From: Eledone cirrhosa
Lineage: Eukaryota
Length of the DNA: 64,000 nucleotides
Direction of reading: 5' to 3'
Assembly: GCA_964016885.1 (NCBI GenBank)
Contig: OZ024747.1
Location: 15,872,001 to 15,936,000, forward strand
Each line of letters opens with the position of its first letter. Positions within the stretch are counted from its first letter, which is position 1. This document shows positions 40,282-54,717 of the stretch, piece by piece. Under the pieces are notes generated by a model. The model was given only the letters and a program-made list of their open reading frames with translations. It was not told the DNA's origin and searched no databases. The position numbers and the translations under genes were made by a program.

Positions 40282-41291
40282 GGTTACATTTGCCCTTCAG
40301 CTGTTGATACGTTCAGTACCCGTCAAGAGATGGGATTGATTTAATCAATCGACGTCATCCCCGCCACACACCATTTGTGGCTTTGTGCCTATGTTAGAAA
40401 TCAATATGAAGTATTACAATAATTTCAAGATATGCTGTTAATGGGTTTAACAAGTGCATATTAGTGTTTATGTGTTCACATCCGTTTGTGATTCTTTACG
40501 ATGGACAGAGAGAGTGTGTATGTGTGGGGTGGGTGGGGTGTGGGTGTATGCATGTCCCAGCTAATTTGAGTCAAAATGTTTATCAGTCACAAGTATATGT
40601 ATTGTCGAGACTACAAGCCGAAGGGAAGTATGGTGTAGGAAAAAACAGAGGAACTAAAGGAAACTATAGTAAAGAGCATTCATATCGATTTAAGTATGTT
40701 TTAAGTTTGTTTTGTTGCGTTATAAACACAGCAATTCATTTAATATAGGCGAAATAATTGTAGCCTTTATTTCTCAACTTTACTTCTATCACTCTCTCTC
40801 TCTCATTCTTCTATATATACATCGTTTACTTTCTCTGTCTTGTGTGTATATCCTCTCCACATGCTTAACCTTTCTTCTTTGCCCGTGTTTTTATATTAAA
40901 TTGAATTATGACGCACACTTTTTTTTATTAATTGAGACAAAATAGTTATCGCGAACAATTTGAGTCTATTTGCCTTTTGAATTAAGTGACAAATAGCATT
41001 GACATTCTAAGAAGGCAGATGGTTTATGATTAACGAAGACAGGTTTTCGTTTAATTTACCGTCCTTAATGAAGTTAAGGCGTCAATTTACGACTAAGAGC
41101 AAACATTGAAATCCCTGTGGGAGTGCTTGGGTAACGCCATCTGGTGGGGAAGCATATTATCATTGGTGGAAAGGAGAGAGAAATGGAGGAGGAGCTAGAG
41201 AGAATGAGTCAGAGACAGAGACATAAAGAGGGGTTGGCGTAGCAGGAAAGAAGTGTTAGAGACAGAAAGAGAAGGCGATATATATATATAT

Positions 41292-41358
<67 letters not shown>

Positions 41359-41654
41359 AAGAGAGTAAGGAAAAGTGAAATCTATGGTTATAGAAGAAAG
41401 AGGTTGTAGAGTGGAGATGGTGCAGGGGAGAGCTGTGTGAAAGAGAGCTCACGGAGTAATAATACTAAGAAAACTAATGGTGAAGATGAGAAGGGAGAGA
41501 AGGAGGATAATAAGTATAATAACTGGAGTGATGACATTAGGAGACATAGTGGGTGGACAGAGATAGAGGGAAAGAAAGAAGTATATATATATATATATAT
41601 TCCTGGACCTTTCCGATATATATATATGTGTGTGTGTATGTGTGTGTGTGTGTG

Positions 41655-42021
41655 AATGAAGTAATTCCGTCGGAAAAGTCCAGGAAAAAAGAGTGCTCTA
41701 TGTAGGTTACAGACCTTATTAGTTATGTAATAAATAACATAAGATAATTATTTCATTTACCAGTGGTTTCTTGAAAACAAACAAAATTTGCTTTCAGTCA
41801 TCAGAATGAAAAAATCCTGGTGTATTTATTGACAGTGGATTTTAAAAACAAAAATATAATCTATATCTAGTATAATCTAAGTATAATCTATAATCTATAA
41901 TCTAATCTAAATAGTCAATAAATACACCAGGATTTTTTCATTCTATTGACTGAAAGCAAATTTTGTTTGCTTTCAAGAAACCACTGGTTAATGAAATAAT
42001 TATCTTATGTTGTTTATTACA

Positions 42022-42027
<6 letters not shown>
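41655..42027 (-). mobile_element. PLE-type inverted terminus pair (114-bp arms) with minimal HHR core
   Basis: Arms 41720-41833 and 41914-42027. - strand CTGATGA ct GAAA gcaaa..tttgt TT. Tail at 41655-41719, (TA)n at right. Confidence 0.7.
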
Positions 42028-42068
<41 letters not shown>

Positions 42069-42391
42069 AAAAAATGAAATTTCATTTCTCACTCTTATTA
42101 GCCGTACAGTGTTCGGCAACCATAGTTGCCATTTTGTTCAACACTGACAAAGGATCGCAATGGAATATAAGAAAACAATGTTCATATTTGTGAGGATGCG
42201 TCTAATCTGTGGTAGCACTACGGTTAATAATTCGGGTTGTTTGCTTATAAACAAACCGACCATTATAATAAATGCTCGGTAAACCCATACATACATATAT
42301 ATATATATGTGTGCATGTATGTATATAGATACTACTATACGTCTGTATACATATATGTATGTGCGTATACAAACTTATATATATATATATT

Positions 42392-42425
<34 letters not shown>

Positions 42426-42844
42426 CATGTATATATATATATATATATAAATTTGCTGCTGTCATTCTCCCTAATTATGTATATACATACATAATTATAT
42501 ATATATGTGTATGTATATATATATACATGTATATATATTTATATATATATATATATGGGATAACAAGTTATCGTTATAGGTAATCAATTTAGTGGTGGTG
42601 AGTACTCTTCATTCTTTAACTATATATATATATATATATGTGTGTGAGTGTGTATGTATTTATACACATACACTCATGTATATACATAATAATGTATGTA
42701 TATAGATTATTAGGGAGAATGACAACAGCAAATATAACGACATGAATTTTGCGACAAATAGCTGGAATTTAATGAAGACGCAATGGAATATAACAAAACA
42801 ATGTCCATATTTGTGAGGTTGCGTCTAATCTGTGGTATCGCTAA

Positions 42845-43960
42845 TGGTAGTGGTGATGGTAGTGGCTGGTGGTGATGGTAGTGGCTGGTGGTGGGGGTAG
42901 TGGCTGGTGGTGGAGGTAGTTGTGGTGGTGGAGGTAGTTGTGGTGGTGGAGGTAGTGGCTGGTGGTGATGGTAGTGGCTGGTGGTGGGGGTAGTGGCTGG
43001 TGGTGGAGGTAGTTGTGGTGGTGGAGGTAGTTGTGGTGGTGGAGGTAGTGGTTGGTGGTGGAGGTAGTGGCTGGTGGTGGAGGTAGTTGTGGTGGTGATG
43101 GTAGTGGCTGGTGGTGATGGTAGTGGCTGGTGGTGGGGGTAGTGGCTGGTGTGGAGGTAGTTGTGGTGGTGGAGGTAGTTGTGGTGGTGGAGGTAGTGGT
43201 TGGTGGTGATGGTAGTTGTGGTGGTGGAGGTAGTGGCTGGTGGTGATGGTTGTTGTGGTGGTGGAGGTAGTTGTGGTGGTGGGGGTAGTGGCTGGTGGTG
43301 GAGGTAGTGGCTGGTGGTGGAGGTAGTGGCTGGTGGTGGAGGTAGTGGCTGGTGGTGGTGGTAGTGGCTGGTGGTGGAGGTAGTTGTGGTGGTGGAGGTA
43401 GTTGTGATGGTGGAGGTAGTGGCTGGTGTTGGAGGTAGTGGCTGGTGGTGGAGGTAGTGGCTGGTGGTGGAGGTAGTGGCTGGTGGTGATGGTAGTTGTG
43501 GTGGTGGCGGTAGTGGCTGGTGGTGATGGTTGTTGTGGTGGTGGAGGTAGTTGTGGTGGTGGGGGTAGTGGTTGGTGGTGTAGGTAGTGGCTGGTGGTGA
43601 TGGTAGTTGTGGTGGTGGGGGTAGTGGTTGGTGATGATGGTAGTGGCTGGTGGTGGGGTAGTTGTGGTGGTGGGGGTAGTTGTGGTAGTTATGGTAGTTG
43701 TGGTGGTGATGGTAGTGGCTGGTGGTGATGGTAGTTGTGGTAGTTATTGTAGTGGCTGGAGGTGGAGGTAGTGGCTGGTGGTGATGGTGGTTGTGGTGGT
43801 GGATGTAGTTGTGGTGGTGATGGTAGTGGCTGGTGGTGGAGGTAGTTGTGGTAGTTATTGTAGTGGCTGGAGGTGGAGGTAGTGGCTGGTGGTGATGGTA
43901 GTGGCTGGTGGTGGAGGTAGTTGTGGTAGTGGAGGTAGTTGTGGTGGTGGAGGTAGTGCC
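42845..43960. repeat. 18/19-bp minisatellite (ggtagtggctggtggtgga / ggtagttgtggtggtgga)
   Basis: Directly visible. Confidence 0.9.
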
Positions 43961-44196
43961 GGTGTTGAGAGAAGGGGTGGCGATTGTGCTGGCGTTGGTT
44001 TTACGGATTGAGTTGGTGGTAGTAATGATAGTAGAAAATTATACTGACAGCCTTGTGATGGCGGCGTATGCACCGGTTCAAAATGGCTGCTTTGAATCTG
44101 CTAAAGTTTGTGTGACAGTTGCGGTATAATAAATTGGTCTTAGCTGCCGGTGATAAAGGTAGGGGAATAGTGGAGGTAGAGGACGGTAGTATCAAG

Positions 44197-44970
44197 GTGG
44201 TGGTGGTGGTGGTGGTGTTGAGGGTGTTTCACGTTGTTGTTGTTGTGGTGGTGGTGTTGATGGTGTTTCATGTTGTTGTGGAGGTGGTGGTGTTGGTGGT
44301 GTTGAGGGTGTTGAGGGTGTTTCATGTTGTTGTTGTTGTGGTGGTGGTGTTGATGGTGTTTCATGTTGTTGTGGAGGTGGTGGTGTTGGTGGTGTTGATG
44401 GTGTTGAGGGTGTTTCATGTTGTTGTTGTTGTGGCGGTGGTGTTGATGGTGTTTCATGTTGTTGTGGAGGTGGTGGTGTTGGTGGTGTTGGTGGTGTTGA
44501 GGGTGTTTCATGTTGTTGTGGTGGTGGTGGTGGTGTTGATGGTGTTTCATGTTGTTGTGGAGGTGGCGGTGTTGGTGGTGTTGGTGGTGTTGAGGGTGTT
44601 TCATGTTGTTGTGGTGGTGATGGTATTGATGGTGTTTCATGTTGTTGTGGTGGTGATGGTGATGGTGTTGGTGGTGGGGATTGTGTTTTTGGTAGTGTTG
44701 TTGGTTGTTATTTTCGTTGTTTTTTTTTGTATTGTGTTCGTGTTTTTATATTCGTGGTGGGGGGTAGAGGTGTTGTTGTTAGTGGTGATGGCGGTGCTGG
44801 TGATGATTTTGGTGGCGGTGGCTATGGTTGTGGTAGTAATGTAGTTGGTGATGATGGCGGTGTTGGTGATGCGTTTGGTGGCAGTTGTTGTGGTGGTGGG
44901 GGGGGTTGTGATAGTAGTAGGGGTGATGATGGTCGTGGTGGTGGTGGTGGTGATAGTAGTAGGGGTGATG
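44197..44970. repeat. GTG-rich minisatellite with ggtgtttcatgttgttgtg higher-order unit
   Basis: Directly visible. Confidence 0.85.
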
Positions 44971-45282
44971 TTTGTGGGGGAGAACATTTGGTATGAGTTA
45001 CGGGGAGATAGGTGGGTGAGTATGAGAAGAAGGGACAGAACATAGACGTTTCGCAGTTGACAAAATGGCTACAGGATTTTTAGCCTTATCGACCTTTATT
45101 CTATTTAAGAGGCAGCATTTAGTGGCAAAATATTTTCACAATATTTCAGAGTCAAGATGAATAATTCAATTACGTTTCACATTGTCAGCACCGCTTATCA
45201 GCCAGTCACCATCTTTCTTCGTTGTTGTTGGTATTGTTTTTTTTTTAGTGTTGGCACTGGTTGTCTGTTTATTTTACTACTA

Positions 45283-45326
45283 GTGCTGCTGCTCTGCTGA
45301 TGCTGCTGCTGATGCTGCTGCTGATG

Positions 45327-45380
<54 letters not shown>

Positions 45381-45780
45381 ACACCGCCACCATCGCCACC
45401 ACCACCACTACCACAACCACAACCACCACAAACACCAGCCCCACAACAAACACCAACACCACAATCCCCACCCATCACCCCTACTACTACTACTACTAAC
45501 ACCACCACTATCACCACCACCACCACCACCACAACCACAACCACCAGCACCACCACGAACACAACCACCACAACCACCACCACCACAACAAACACCAACA
45601 CCACAATCCCCACCCATCACCCCTACTACTACTACTACTACTACTAACACGGCCACTATCACCACCACCACCACCACCACAACCACAACCACCACCACCA
45701 CCACGAACACATCCACCACAACCACCACCACCACAACAACCACCACCACCACCAGTTCATTTCACCATCACCACCACCTC
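45283..45780. repeat. (CTG)/(CTA)/(ACC) compound repeat with internal duplication
   Basis: caccaacaccacaatccccacccatcacccctactac occurs twice. Confidence 0.85.
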
Positions 45781-47411
45781 TCTATTTGTATCGTAACTTA
45801 TAATACCGTATGCTATTTTAAAGTACTCTTTACATTTGCCCTTGTTGCAGAAAAACAAAGCACCATCAACATTGTTTGCGTTTTTTTATACACTTGTCCT
45901 TCATATAAATATTTATATTCCCGAAGGCTATGGCGTGGTGGTAGCGGAAGAGATACTTAAGTAATTTTTGTTTCTATTAAACATAATCATCATTCAGGGT
46001 TGGAATCATGAAAGCAGTGTGGCGTGGTAATCATTTAATTGCATGGTGTTTATCTTATTTTTAATGAAATTGTTGTTGATTGACTGAGGACGACATTGTT
46101 ATTGATGGTGTTAATCGTAGTAATGATGATTTAAGATAAGGGTGATTACTTTTCAGTTGTTTACCGCAAATATAACGTTGACCGAGCAGACGACCTTGCA
46201 TACTTTAGACAGCGTATATATTAGACTAGTGTATATGTCGGAGATGGAGTAAAGTAAATACCTTGCAGAGTTATTACAGCATCTGGTTAAACGCCTCGCT
46301 AGTTATTCCAGCGACGGCACACTGCTTACATTTCCCACCAATTTAGCTGTCAGCGGTCGATAAAGTACGATTCTATGGGTGATAGAGTAACGAAATTATT
46401 AAGCATCCTTGATATCTATTCTTGTTCTGTGTATTCTGCTTTCAAATCCCACCTCTTGTCACTGGGCAAATGGTGATGCTTCTACTAAGTATTGCGACTG
46501 GTATGTAACATCAGCAATAGAAAAGCTAATGGAACCTATTTCTTTGGCCCGAAATTGACTTCAGCAGGATTTGAACTCAAGGTGTAGACACTCAGAACTA
46601 ATGCTGTAAATAATTCTATCGACGATTTAACGAACTGTCAATTCACACATTAAGGAAATCAATTACATTTTTTATAATCCCACCAAATGTGTATCCCCTG
46701 TGGAAGAGTGTTGGGTTGATGGTAACTATGACTGAAAGACCCAACTATGTCACATCTTATGTCATGCTGGTTCGGGCTGAAATTTCCGTTAAGGGCACAC
46801 ATCTCTTAGGAATATTTAGCCACATAACCATTAAATTAACGAATATGTACTTCAGTCTGTTGTTCGAACATCCGAATACTCATTATGGAAACCGATAGAG
46901 ACATAAGCGCCTGTGTGTATGAGTGTGTTTGCTTTTGTGTGTATGATCATATGTGTGTATGATCATGTATGTGTATGTGTGTGTGTATATGTGTCTGTGC
47001 ACATGTCTTTATCTGTGATTATGTTTGTCTTTGAGAAGAAATTTACTTTCAGTTTGTCTGTAGCACATTAATTGCCTTTGCATTATTAAGTGGTAAACAT
47101 TGCTCAATGAAACTATATTCCGGATAATAGAGCAATGAATGCTTATAAAGCTGCATATATGTGCAGTTCTTCGATGTAAAGGTTAATATGTCAATAAACA
47201 ATGCTTATGTTATATCCGATATCTACTTACATATAATAATGATAGACTACGTAATAATAATGCTCTCCGTATATATTGGTGTGTAGACGTAAACAAATGG
47301 AATCAAAACAGAAAGAAAGGATGATACAAACACATACACCCCCACCCCCTACCCCACCCCCACACACACACCCACACCTAGCCATACACGCACATATATA
47401 TATATATATAT

Positions 47412-47506
47412 ATAACAAAGAAGGCGTGGTGAGATACCACGAGTACTCGATACTTAGGGTAATAGAGTGGGTAATAGGAAAAGAGTCAGGACCCCGGCGG
47501 CTGAGA
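47412..47506 (-). mobile_element. Diverged family A PLE-type terminus
   Basis: agtactcgatacttagggtaatagagtgggtaatagga..ggaccccggcggctgag matches 3174-3235. Abuts (TA)n. Confidence 0.7.
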
Positions 47507-47725
47507 TCCGAGCGTCCGAAACGTTAAGACACTCTTCCTGCTATATCAAGCGTTAACCTAATATATCCCTTCCATATACTGGATGGGATATATTAGGTTA
47601 TGGGCTTTACAATCACTTAACACATAATACCATCACTTCCAAACAGACACCACAGCTTACAGCGATATAAATGATGAGGCCGAACTTTTACTGTACCGAT
47701 TGTGTTGTTATTTCTGTTTACCTTT

Positions 47726-47804
<79 letters not shown>

Positions 47805-47809
47805 ATGTG

Positions 47810-47990
47810 TACGAGGCGGAATTGAAAAGTTCCTGCTTTCAAGGATACTAGAGCTGTTACCTTTACAGGGGAGGAAGGGCAGCTGCAATAATTGTGAGAA
47901 TCTGTGAATCTGAGAGGGGAGTATGTTGAACAAAATCATAATTAACTGATCCTCCTGTATTTTCTTTAACCCAAAGCCAGGATCTTTTAT
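47810..47990. mobile_element. Mariner-type MITE remnant
   Basis: Starts tacgagg..gaaaagttcctgcttt. The inverted match aaagccaggatctttt is at the other end. Confidence 0.55.
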
Positions 47991-48029
47991 ATTTATTATG
48001 TTTTATGACATCAACAATACATTATCTGG

Positions 48030-48510
48030 AAACAGGTGTTTCACTAGGATGATTTAAAACTCTTCTTAAGTCCGGCCCTATTTCGGCAAACACACAAACT
48101 CCTTTCAAAATAAATTAGCAAAGATTTAAACAATTTTAGAACCTCCAACGAACACATCATACTCTCAGACAAAACGAACAATCTATATGGGCTTTACAAT
48201 CACTTAACACATAATACCATCACTTCCAAACAGACACCACAGCTTACAGCGATATAAATGATGAGGCCGAACTTTTACTGTACAGAAGAAACTAGAATTG
48301 TTAGACAAACGCGAGGAAATCACAAACCAGATTTCACCAATAACCGTACATGCAGACTTATAAACTCAGCCTGTACATAGATATGACTAGTTCGCTAGAA
48401 AATACTACGGAACTTAATCACGAACATATGGAAACAAACCAACATCAACGAGTAGGAAAATACTCAAACTGTAATTAATTATTTCAACACCCTTAGCCTT
48501 AATAACAAAG
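48030..48510 (+). pseudogene. Decayed PLE (Naiad-like) RT N-terminal fragment
   Basis: LSDKTNNLY; NHKPDFTNNRTCRLIN; KIL..I..KQTNINE*ENTQTVINYF. Confidence 0.75.
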
Positions 48511-50078
48511 TTATATTCCACTCTGAAGGCCGAGAGTTTCCCCAAAGAGGTACATCTTAATATGTCTGAACTGCTGATGTAATAAAATATTTTATATAAC
48601 ACCACTTGTCCCTCGGATTGAGTGTTCTACCTAGTTAGATATTTGTTAGGAATATTCAACGACACTATATATATTGTTAAAACTTGGGAGGGTCATGCTG
48701 TAAATAAAAAAACAAACAGATTTGTTGGGTTTCATTTCAATTTATTATCATAATTTCTCAGCGCACCCCCCTTACCTCCGGGGAAACGCCTTCTCCATTC
48801 TGTCCTCCAGGGCTGTGGGGAGGCCAGCACGTGGAACCCCATTTGCTCACCATACAGAGAGATGGGGAGGTCGAGAGAGATAGAGGCGATGACAGTGTTA
48901 CTCCTGTGTTAAGGGACATTTCCAAGTCGGTTAGTTTAATAACCGGGTGTTTGTGGTTAATTTGTTGATTGTCAAAGACTTGGACAAGAGAAAACTGCAT
49001 TAGAGAAAACGGCTAATTCCTTAGCCCGGAATTTCATTGAAGTTTCTGTTCATTTCTGCTGTATAGCAGCAGAGTTTAATTTTTAAAATGGCTAATATCC
49101 GGTCTTGAAATAATAAATTTAACGATCTGAAAATAAACAAAATTGCAATATATATTAAACAGTGCTTGCATAGAAAGAAACAGCGTAAAATAAGTGAAAA
49201 CGATACACAAATTTCTATGAGATTTTATTTTTTAAATATCTTCAAACAATGGAAAGTAGAAAGTTTGTTGTAATTTCTGAACAAGCTAATACATATATAC
49301 ATACATATATGCATACATGCGTTTATTCATACATTCGTCACCCCAAATGTTCGTAATCCGAAACTATATTACCCATACGAAATTTTGAGCGAGAAATACA
49401 GTGATAGAGAGTCTATGTGTGAAAGACAGATAGATATCACCATAGTAACTAACTACACAGCAGATGACAATTTCCCGTCGATATTCCAGTTTGTTGCCAA
49501 CCGTTGATGCCGGCTTGCGTGTTCCGAAAAAGTATTCGTGAACCGAGCTTCCATTGTATATCATTTCTGGACGCATAGATTTTTGTGGGAAGGCGTTGTA
49601 CCCACACAAATATCTACATGGATTGCTATCACAATAACTAAAATTGTATTCATGGATGGACTAGCGGCAAGTCGACAGATGTCGAAGAATTTGAATTCGA
49701 TGAAGTTTGTTAATTTGTTTAGGCCACGTGTCCTTCATATCGCCAATGAATTTTTCTTGTGTTTTTTGGATCGTCAAGTATGAAATGTGTAGAGATTTTT
49801 TATTTTTTCTATAAATTACTACAAATTTCATACTTACCGACTCCGGGCTGCACATTCTAGCAGACAGCATGTTTCGTGACACATAACGTCTCCAGTTTAG
49901 TTGTATACATATTTTTTAAATATATGTACTTCGGCGTGTTGTTCAGATAGTTGTTGCTATATTAAATTGTATACAAATAAACACTTGTTATTTTGTATTT
50001 TCACAGATTTCCTATATAAAATTCATTACTGATGTATTTTTCTATGAAATAATTATTTGTACATATATATATATTTAT

Positions 50079-50208
<130 letters not shown>

Positions 50209-50351
50209 ATATGCGCGTGTGTGTGGTGTGTGTGTGTATGTATGTATATATTTATATATGTGTATATATATATATTTATGTGTGTATATATATATTTATG
50301 TATATATATATATATATATGTATATATATGTGTATATATATATATATTATA

Positions 50352-50397
<46 letters not shown>

Positions 50398-51481
50398 ATA
50401 TATGTAAGTATACAAACACACACATATATATATATAAATGTGTGTGTATGTGTGTGTGTGTCTAATATGTGAAATTGCTAAATTGCATTAACATTTTCGA
50501 AGTTTGATCTTTCAACATTATAAATACATAACTGGTTGAGATTAGCATCATGTTGACAGAGATCGGTAATTTGTTTCTAAAAATCGTGACCGAAAACCAG
50601 GCAAATAGCCAAGTGTCCTGCAAGCACCATTCATTTTTGCCTTTTCTTCGCAAGCCTGTTAAACACCTCCCAGCAGTGTAATCTCAAGTTATATATGTAT
50701 TCCGATAAAACCGATGTGTAAATGAATAACTTGCACTGTATCATTGGAAAAAGATGTAACAGATCAAGAGAATATGTTATTAAGTCTTGGCGCGAACAAG
50801 CAGCAAGAGAAAAAGATGGGCTGGCGGCAGGAAGAGGTTGACTAAGAACATCGGATTCTCGCTGCTGTTGGAGCAAAAGCAGTCACGATGATATCGTCGT
50901 ATTAAAGCCGGAACTGAAATTGTGGCTGTGAAACTATTTCAATTCGTTAATAGACCTCAGGCACTATGTTGTTTGTGATGATTTATGATCAAAATATATT
51001 CCATCTTAGATAAAGCTATCTAGTGTCTTGATTTATAAAAGTGATTCTAAGCATCTAAAAATGTTTTTTTTTTACCCTTACTTCTAATACATTGCAATTT
51101 GAAGTTTATATTGCTTAGGAAATGTGATTTAAATAATGGGTGAATACTGAGAACTATTTGAATGATTTACATGCCTTAATGAATTAAAGGAATGTTTATG
51201 TTTACCATTTGGGTACATGGAATCATTGATATGACGTCTATTATCACAAGGTTAACGTATTGCTAGGGATTCAGTATTAGAACCGTATGTTGGATGATAA
51301 GACAGGATGGAACGTTGGATAAAATGCCCTGAGGAATTTTGTTGCAACCTTTTACATTCTGAGTTCAAATTCTGACTTTCATATAATCTTATAATCAATA
51401 CAATAACTACTTGTAACTAATACAATAACTACTCAAGTGCCAATATTGATGAAATAGCCTTCACATATACAATTAATACTT

Positions 51482-51668
51482 GGTGAATTGGCAGTATCGG
51501 TAGAGGGTCGGACGCCATGCTTTCCAACATAGTTACGTCCCTTTACGGTTTGAGTTCAAATCCCGTCGAGGTTAACTTTGCCTTTCATCCTTACCGGGTC
51601 GATAAAATAAAGTACCAGTAATGAACTGGTGAATTGCTGGCCTTGTGTCAAAAGTAGAAACAATTATT
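51482..51668 (+). mobile_element. tRNA-derived SINE
   Basis: Matches the family consensus. No clear TSD seen. Confidence 0.9.
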
Positions 51669-52080
51669 AAACTGAAAGTATTAAAAATATAGAATTCAGG
51701 ATTAAAAAAGTTGCAATATATTGATATGTCAGGAAACGGCTTATTACAACTGAGGTTTGTCAGCAGTTTCTGTTTCTATAAAGAATGTCACTTTGAACTG
51801 AATTTTAAATGTCTCTAATCAATAGGTCAACTACCCTTTAAAACCTGTTCTAGTTTCACATGGCATAAAGCCACAACGAGACGCGTTTTATTCAAGTATT
51901 TAAACACACACCTTCCATATTGATTGCATATCGAGAGAACACCATTTTCCCAACCCAAGCTCACAAATCGGTTTCATCTTGCTTTGCAAAATTTTGTCTC
52001 GGGCAGATGAAATATGTATATGTACCTAAATGTGTTCTCAACTATATAAATATTCATAGGTATAGTTCGTATAATTATAG

Positions 52081-52112
<32 letters not shown>

Positions 52113-52809
52113 ACACAACACACATATATATATATTTTCATGCTTATATATATTTATATATTTTCATAAATATATATAGCTGTTCATCATTTACGCATGC
52201 AAATATTTCGTCTAAGTACTTGTATAGATCCAATAGAAACATATATCTCAACATATAGTTACATTGAATTGAGTGTATATTGTAAAAAGGACTTTCAATA
52301 CAAAATATTGTATAATGTTGTATTCATGTACAATGTATATAAATACGTATCGGTTATTACATCGTCGTGCACGCGAATATTTGCCTAAATACTTTTATAT
52401 ATCCATATAACATACCAACCTAACATCTATGTACTTAATCAATAAAATGAATATTGTAAAAGAACTACTGTGTGGCGTGGGGCAATCTCTATGTAAAAGT
52501 TGGTTGCTAATTTCATATTTCAATGTACTTAGCAAACAATGATAGTATTAACCATCCTTGAAATTTGGAAAAAGATAAAGTAAACGAAAGCATCCTTTTG
52601 TACAAGTATTTTCTAAACATAATTTCCAGTGGAAATCCATGAGCTACTGGTGTGTATCGCTTGATGGAAATTGAAATAGAATATATCCTGTTTAATTCAC
52701 ATTATGTATAAACTGGTTTGCTTCCTGTTTTGCTTTGTAGGGTTATTATTTGCAGGATTTTTTCCTTAAATGTATAATATAATAAACTATATATACATAT
52801 ATATATATT

Positions 52810-52840
<31 letters not shown>

Positions 52841-54518
52841 CTAGGGGATATATATATATATGTGTGTGTGCATAAACACACACATATATATATCCCCTAG
52901 AGCCTGCTCCCTGACTTGTTTTCACAGTTACAAAGAAAAAAATACATTTCTCGTTCCTCTCACTCAACTACTTTGAATAATTCGCATTCGTCGCGTACTT
53001 TTCAAAATATACTTATTTATTTATTGATTTATATATATGTACTCCTTTTATTCCTTTCTGTATCAAATCATATCCTTCTTTGATCATCAACAACAGCAAT
53101 AACAAGAGCAACAAAAATAAAACCAGCTAGTCTTTCGTTGTCACAGCACGTCCCTTGAAACCTGCTGTTAGTTGTGATAAAAAAAAAAGGATTTCACGAG
53201 GTAATTAAATTCAGTAGGATTTTGGAATGTCCTGTGAATGGTCTTTCAGGTGACATCATAAACACCTGCGTTTTTTTGGCAATAGCTTTATAGTAGAAGA
53301 TTTGTGCAGACACGCAAACACATTAAAATATACATAGGCACACATACACAAACACTTATAACCATGCACACGCATAATACATATAAACTGGCATAATTTA
53401 CACACACAAATTCATACAAAGACAAATATATACAAAGTGTCTCCCATACACACATAAATACCAATACACACATACACATAAACGCCAAAATACACGCATA
53501 TAAATAGCTGCGAACATGAGCACACATAATTGAAATAGACAAACATATACAGACATTCATTCACACAAATACAAACGCATTCACGAGTACATTTCCTTTA
53601 AAATACAAAAGAAAATACACATATATAGACGCATACAAAAATAACCACAAATGCCCTCATAAATAATCCATATACATAGACACGACACAGATACTCAGAC
53701 AAATACATAACCTAAAAGGACGTAAACCGAGAGATACACATTTAGAAAACCACTCACAAATGCGCACACATGTCATCCATATACAGAAGAAATATGCACG
53801 TATATATTGGTACGCTAATATATAAACAAATACACACAAATACACATATAAACATTATCATACATATTCATACATGCACAAAACCACCCACCACACATAA
53901 TTCATAGACATACATGCAGACACATTCCGGAAAATGTAAATGCTCACGCAAAATATACATTATTACACACAAAAACAAAAACATACATATAAACACATAG
54001 GCAAATACATACATATGTGCACATATATATCACATACACGCAAACACTAACCCCTACATACTCACATGCACAAACACACATTTACAAATACACGTAGATA
54101 CGCACAATCATACACAGGTAAACGTATATAGTATATACACATATATTCTACAAACAAACAGATACATTCTTAAACACGCAATCTAATACACAAGAAGAAT
54201 GAAACCTTAAGTCTGCAAAGCAATACACAGATATTTAGATAGAAATGTAAAAATTTTGAATAATTTTACCATAGATCCTCTGTCTCTTTTCAGTGTTGTC
54301 ACCAAGCTGAAAATATTCGGCAATGAGAATAAAATAGAACTTTATACATTTATATTATAAAGTGATTTCTTTTCTTCATAAATACACTCACACGCACCGA
54401 TATCCGTTGCGCAGACCCGATACAGACGCCATGCAAAGAAACGCATTGTAAGATCCATAATTGTGAAATACGTTCACAAACGCACATATATATATATATA
54501 TAAGTCTATATATAAGTC

Positions 54519-54574
<56 letters not shown>

Positions 54575-54644
54575 TGTGTGTGTGTGTGTGTGAGTGTGGG
54601 TGCGTGTATATATATATGTGTGTGTGTGTGAGTGTGGGTGCGTG

Positions 54645-54717
<73 letters not shown>

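Noticed and set aside
44119-44844. 241-aa Val-rich ORF and antisense His/Gln-rich ORF (44140-44640)
   Set aside because: Open frames arise from triplet-based minisatellites. No splice or signal context, and no recognised similarity to His-rich structural proteins.
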